Part shown: positions 60,561 to 64,000 of the stretch, in pieces
Layout: every line of letters begins with the position of its first letter
How positions within the stretch are numbered: the stretch's first letter is position 1
NCBI GenBank assembly: GCA_045564455.1
Contig: JBJLHG010000002.1
Span: forward strand, 679,877 to 743,876
Source: Gammaproteobacteria bacterium
GTDB taxonomy: Bacteria; Pseudomonadota; Gammaproteobacteria; Magnimaribacterales; AG-339-G14
DNA length: 64,000 bases
Direction: 5' to 3'
Program-made: the position numbers and the translations under genes
The notes under the pieces: generated by a model
Database searches by the model: none
What the model saw: only the letters and a program-made list of their open reading frames with translations
What the model was told of the DNA's origin: nothing

Positions 60561-60590
60561 AAAATTTTTAAAAAAAATGTATTATAAACT

Positions 60591-61055
60591 ATGTCTATGG
60601 CTAAAAGAACTAGAACTCCTTGTGTTGGCATATGTTCAACTACCTACGGCGATGATGTTTGTAGAGGCTGTAAACGATTTGCACAAGAAATCATAAATTG
60701 GAATAGCTTTTCTCCGGATGAAAGAGAAGCAGTTTGGCTAAGGTTAGAAAAGTTAAAAACTCAAATTATGAAATCAAGAGTCGAAATATCTAATCCATCA
60801 AAATTATCTGATGGAATAAAGGAGTATCAATTGAGAATTCACGAAGATTTAAATAATCTTTGTAAAGCATTTGAGTTAGTCAAACTCACAAGTAAAAGCT
60901 TTAAAGATTTAAATAAATTTGGCATAACAATTACCTCGCCAACAAAAGATTTAGAATTATTGAAAGAAGATATAGAAAAGGAACTTTATGAGCTCTCTAC
61001 GGCACATCACAATAGATATTTCATTGAACCAAATAATTATAAAGAAATTAAGTAA
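60591..61055 (+). CDS. DUF1289-domain protein with C-terminal extension
   Basis: PCVGICSTTYGDDVCRGCKRF Cys-rich DUF1289 motif. 154 aa, longer than the domain alone. Confidence 0.65.
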   Translation: MSMAKRTRTPCVGICSTTYGDDVCRGCKRFAQEIINWNSFSPDEREAVWLRLEKLKTQIMKSRVEISNPSKLSDGIKEYQLRIHEDLNNLCKAFELVKLTSKSFKDLNKFGITITSPTKDLELLKEDIEKELYELSTAHHNRYFIEPNNYKEIK

Positions 61056-62365
61056 TGGAAGATGTTTTAAATTCAAAGTTAGTCTTACCTTGTGGCAAAA
61101 CATTAAAAAATAGGATTTGCAAATCTGCTCTCACGGAAAGAATAGCAGAGGGTAATAATTTAGTTAACCAAAAACATTTGAATCTATATGAAAAATGGGC
61201 TGAAGGAAATGTTGGCACAGTTCTTACTGGAAATGTTCAAGTTGATAAAAGATATTTAGAATCTGCAGGCAATGTAGCCATAGAAAAAAGTAATTATAAA
61301 GATCAGATAAAGCTATTAAGAAAATGGTCTGAAGTTGGTACAAAAAATAATACTAATTTGTGGATGCAAATTAGTCATGCTGGTCGACAAACTCCTGGCG
61401 ATTTAAATATGAAACCAGTAGCACCTTCAGACGTAGGCCTAAAAATACCAGGAAGAAAATACGGTACACCTATACCTTTAACAAATGAAGAAATTGAAGA
61501 TGTTATCGAAAGATTTATATTCACAGCAAAGGTTGCTCATGATACTGGTTTTACTGGTATTCAAATTCATTCCGCACATGGATATTTAATGTCAGAGTTC
61601 CTATCTCCTGATATCAATAAAAGAGACGATGAGTGGGGTGGTTCTTTAAAAAATAGGTCCAGAGTATTATTACGAATTATTAATGGTTGTAGAGAAGCTT
61701 TGGGAGATAATTATCCAATTTCAGTTAAATTAAATTCTGCTGATTTCCAAAAAGGTGGCTTTTCAGCAGAAGATTCATCAAAAGTAGCGTCAATGTTGAG
61801 TGAAGCAAAAATAGATTTATTAGAAATTTCAGGCGGCACATACGAACAACCTAGACTTCTTGGTTTAGATACAGTTAGCATTAATCCAAAGAGAAGTGAA
61901 ATAAGAAGAGAAAGTACGATAGCAAGAGAAGCGTATTTCTTGGCCTATACAGAAGAAATTAAAAAGGTAATTGATATCCCGCTTATGGTCACTGGAGGGT
62001 TTAGATCCAGATTTGCAATGGAATCTGCCATAAATGAAGGCGCGTGCGAAATTGTTGGAATAGGTAGACCGCTATGTTCAGACCCCTTGTCTGTAAAGAA
62101 ATTATTAGATAGATCAATAGATGTTTTACCAACATTTGAAAAAACACTATCAATAGGTCCAGGATGGCTATCTCAAAGAAGTCCATTTAGATTAATTCAG
62201 GCATTGAACGCTTTTGGAATTCAATCTTGGTTTTATTCACAAATAAGAAGAATTTCTGAAGGGTTGTCACCTGATTTATCTTTAAACCCATTTAAGGCTT
62301 TTAGAAGCGATGGTAAAATAGACAAACAAACTGTTAACGCTTATAAACTTTATAACAAATCATAG
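61055..62365 (+). CDS. NADH:flavin oxidoreductase (Old Yellow Enzyme / 2,4-dienoyl-CoA-reductase N-domain-like)
   Basis: MQISHAGRQ, HSAHGYLMSEFLSP, GGFR motifs of the OYE TIM barrel. Confidence 0.8.
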   Translation: MEDVLNSKLVLPCGKTLKNRICKSALTERIAEGNNLVNQKHLNLYEKWAEGNVGTVLTGNVQVDKRYLESAGNVAIEKSNYKDQIKLLRKWSEVGTKNNTNLWMQISHAGRQTPGDLNMKPVAPSDVGLKIPGRKYGTPIPLTNEEIEDVIERFIFTAKVAHDTGFTGIQIHSAHGYLMSEFLSPDINKRDDEWGGSLKNRSRVLLRIINGCREALGDNYPISVKLNSADFQKGGFSAEDSSKVASMLSEAKIDLLEISGGTYEQPRLLGLDTVSINPKRSEIRRESTIAREAYFLAYTEEIKKVIDIPLMVTGGFRSRFAMESAINEGACEIVGIGRPLCSDPLSVKKLLDRSIDVLPTFEKTLSIGPGWLSQRSPFRLIQALNAFGIQSWFYSQIRRISEGLSPDLSLNPFKAFRSDGKIDKQTVNAYKLYNKS

Positions 62366-62374
62366 ATTCATATA

Positions 62375-63202
62375 ATGACTGCTGATATAAATTCTATTTA
62401 CTTGATTGCTCTGCCTATAGTTCTTTGTCTTATTGCAATTGAAGTATTTATCTCAAGTTATCAAAATATAGATGTCTATAAAACTGGAGATACTCTTGGA
62501 ACAATAGGTCTTTTAACAGGAAATATTTTAGTCTCATTATTCATTAAAGGTTCGACTCTCGCATTTCATTTCTTCTTATATCAATTTAGAGTTATTGATT
62601 TAGTGAGCAATGTTCCAATTTGGATGCATTGGATTTTAGCTTTAATTTTTATAGATTTAATTTATTATTTTTATCATCGGATATCACATAGAAGTAGATT
62701 TTTATGGGCGGTTCATATGAGTCATCACTCTAGCGAAGAGATGAATTTTACAGTGGCTTTTAGACAAGCCTGGCTAGGTCCTGTTTCTAAGATTCCATTT
62801 TTTATGGTTCTACCTTTAATTGGGTTTGATCCAGTGATAGTAGCAGTAGCCGGAGTTCTAAGTACTCTTTGGGGAATATTTGGCCACACACAAATAGTAA
62901 GAAAATTGGGGCCAATTGAATGGTTTTTTGTTACTCCATCTCATCACAGAGTTCATCACGGCTCTAACAAATCTTATATAGATAAAAACTATGGAAATTT
63001 TCTTATTATCTGGGATAGATTTTTTGGAACCTTTGAGGTCGAAAAAGATAAAGTTAAGTATGGACTTGTAAAAAATGTTAAAACTTTTAACCCCATTACG
63101 ATTACTTTTATGGGATGGAAAGAGATATTTAAAGATGTGAAAAATTCTAATTCTTATAAAGAAGCGTTAAACCATTTCTTTGGACCGCCCAAAACTAGTT
63201 AA
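62375..63202 (+). CDS. Fatty-acid hydroxylase / sterol-desaturase-family membrane protein
   Basis: Three His boxes: HRISH, HMSHH, HHRVHH. Several TM segments. Confidence 0.8.
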   Translation: MTADINSIYLIALPIVLCLIAIEVFISSYQNIDVYKTGDTLGTIGLLTGNILVSLFIKGSTLAFHFFLYQFRVIDLVSNVPIWMHWILALIFIDLIYYFYHRISHRSRFLWAVHMSHHSSEEMNFTVAFRQAWLGPVSKIPFFMVLPLIGFDPVIVAVAGVLSTLWGIFGHTQIVRKLGPIEWFFVTPSHHRVHHGSNKSYIDKNYGNFLIIWDRFFGTFEVEKDKVKYGLVKNVKTFNPITITFMGWKEIFKDVKNSNSYKEALNHFFGPPKTS

Positions 63203-63203
63203 T

Positions 63204-63241
63204 AAATACTCGACGCTTTCTAATTAGCGTCGAGTATTTTT
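63204..63241. terminator. Bidirectional rho-independent terminator between the convergent desaturase-like gene and ompW
   Basis: Perfect 13-bp stem AAATACTCGACGC / GCGTCGAGTATTT, 10-nt loop. T-run on the + side and A-run (T on the other strand) on the 5' side. Confidence 0.8.
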
Positions 63242-63249
63242 ATAAAGAA

Positions 63250-63870
63250 TTAGAATTCTTTATACAGACTTAATCCTATAGTCGTTGGATCAAGCGCAAC
63301 ATTAAACTCCATTGGGGAAGCAATGTTTGTTATGTGGGCTTTGTTTTCAATATTGAATCTTCTTATATCTAGATTGACTCCATAGCCTTCACTAATTTCT
63401 AAATCAAAACCTAATTGATAAGCAAAACCAGTTGAGTTACCTATCTTTAAGTGACCACCAGCCAAGCCGCCTGTAGTGATAGTAATTTTATCTTCTAGGA
63501 AAAATGTGTAGTTATATCCTACTCCCACATAAGGCCTAAAACCCGCTTTGGTTTCATTGAAATAATATTGTGCTGTAATAGTTGGGGGAAGATGAGTTCC
63601 TTCACCAACTTTTACGCCACCACTATTAAGATCATGTTTAAATGGAAGACCAAGTAGAACTTCCACACCAATATTGTCGGTTACTAAATATGCAATTGTC
63701 GCTGTTAGATTCGTTTTTGAATCAACAGTCACAACTCCGCCTGTATTATCTTGTGGTGCAATATTTGTTAATCCACCCCGAATAATCCAATCTCCCTTTT
63801 GAACAGCATATGTATTAGCTGTTAGGACCATAACAATAGTCAGGATTAAGGATTTTTTTAAGTTAAGCAT
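63250..63870 (-). CDS. ompW: Outer-membrane protein OmpW family
   Basis: Signal peptide ending ANTYA, alternating beta-strand pattern, GVGYNY, C-terminal ..SLYKEF aromatic terminus. SD AGAGGAGG. Confidence 0.8.
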   Translation of the reverse strand: MLNLKKSLILTIVMVLTANTYAVQKGDWIIRGGLTNIAPQDNTGGVVTVDSKTNLTATIAYLVTDNIGVEVLLGLPFKHDLNSGGVKVGEGTHLPPTITAQYYFNETKAGFRPYVGVGYNYTFFLEDKITITTGGLAGGHLKIGNSTGFAYQLGFDLEISEGYGVNLDIRRFNIENKAHITNIASPMEFNVALDPTTIGLSLYKEF

Positions 63871-64000
63871 TTCGCCTCCTCTATTAAATAAGAGAAGATT
63901 TACCCCTCGACGTTGCTTTGCAAAACCTTATTTTGCTGAAAGCCACATTAATTTGCCACCTTACTGGTTTAAAGCAGGTTGGCGAGAGTTAATCTCTACT
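63871..64000 (-). promoter_or_regulatory. Structured, G+C-richer 5' leader of ompW with an SD-sequestering hairpin (truncated by the window)
   Basis: In mRNA sense, CUUCUCU (63897-63891) pairs with AGAGGAG (63882-63876, the SD) across an 8-nt loop. An 11-bp interrupted hairpin lies at 63915-63943, with a further helix around 63955-63982. Confidence 0.35.

Noticed and set aside
63901-63930. Plus-strand CCTCGACGTTGCTTTGCAAAACC resembles the conserved tmRNA 5' segment (..UUCGACGGGAUUUGCGAAACC..).
   Set aside because: No GGGG acceptor 5' end precedes it. I found no tag reading frame or T-arm-like sequence, and the similarity is about 20 nt. It is more simply part of the ompW leader.
63905-63960. 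GGCAAA ... UGCAAAGC (minus-strand sense) recalls conserved segments of the GEMM-I c-di-GMP riboswitch.
   Set aside because: The intervening helices and the tetraloop/receptor architecture do not match by eye. Only two short strings are similar. It needs a covariance-model scan before any claim.
1-64000. Searched by eye for CRISPR arrays, tRNA/rRNA genes, integrases, transposases, inverted terminal repeats, toxin-antitoxin pairs, and additional SOS boxes (CTGT-N8-ACAG).
   Set aside because: None found. The only SOS box is the lexA autoregulatory site. A by-eye scan cannot exclude short or degenerate elements.

Overview
The window is a gene-dense, AT-rich stretch of bacterial chromosome. Hand counts on sampled 180-nt stretches give about 33% G+C in core genes. 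I support about 65 CDS. I saw no rRNA, tRNA, CRISPR array, integrase or transposase.

The gene order aroC-leuCDB-asd-fimV-truA-trpF-trpBA-accD-folC-cvpA-purF, with convergent acnB and topA next to a cysB-like gene, is gammaproteobacterial. Together with the low G+C and extreme packing, this suggests a streamlined marine gammaproteobacterium, possibly SAR86-like. That assignment is inference only.

- **About 24-64 kb:** mostly core housekeeping genes (def, tadA, xthA, prc, nadK, pyrD, topA, lexA, prpBCD, leu/trp/asd, accD, folC, purF, acnB).
- **About 0-24 kb:** enriched in poorly characterised enzymes, including a D-aminoacylase-like amidohydrolase, DUF3604, an SDR, a SOUL-like protein, two GSTs, two PhlG-like hydrolases, a Pif1-like helicase, PhyH, PAP2, a CmcJ-like protein, a dienelactone hydrolase and DoxX.

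I found no obvious defence, mobile or toxin system. The best candidate for an undescribed system is the oxygenase / C-C hydrolase / esterase / reductase block at 12.5-17.9 kb.

The clearest sequence-level oddities are:
- an intact DUF2141 gene missed by the ORF track, which appears to start at ATT;
- a lexA promoter and SOS box abutting the ATG, implying a leaderless mRNA;
- a G+C-richer structured ompW leader with an SD-sequestering hairpin, cut by the window edge;
- a very low-G+C RgpF-like gene inserted after prpD;
- a paired acyl-CoA dehydrogenase in which one subunit lacks the catalytic glutamate.
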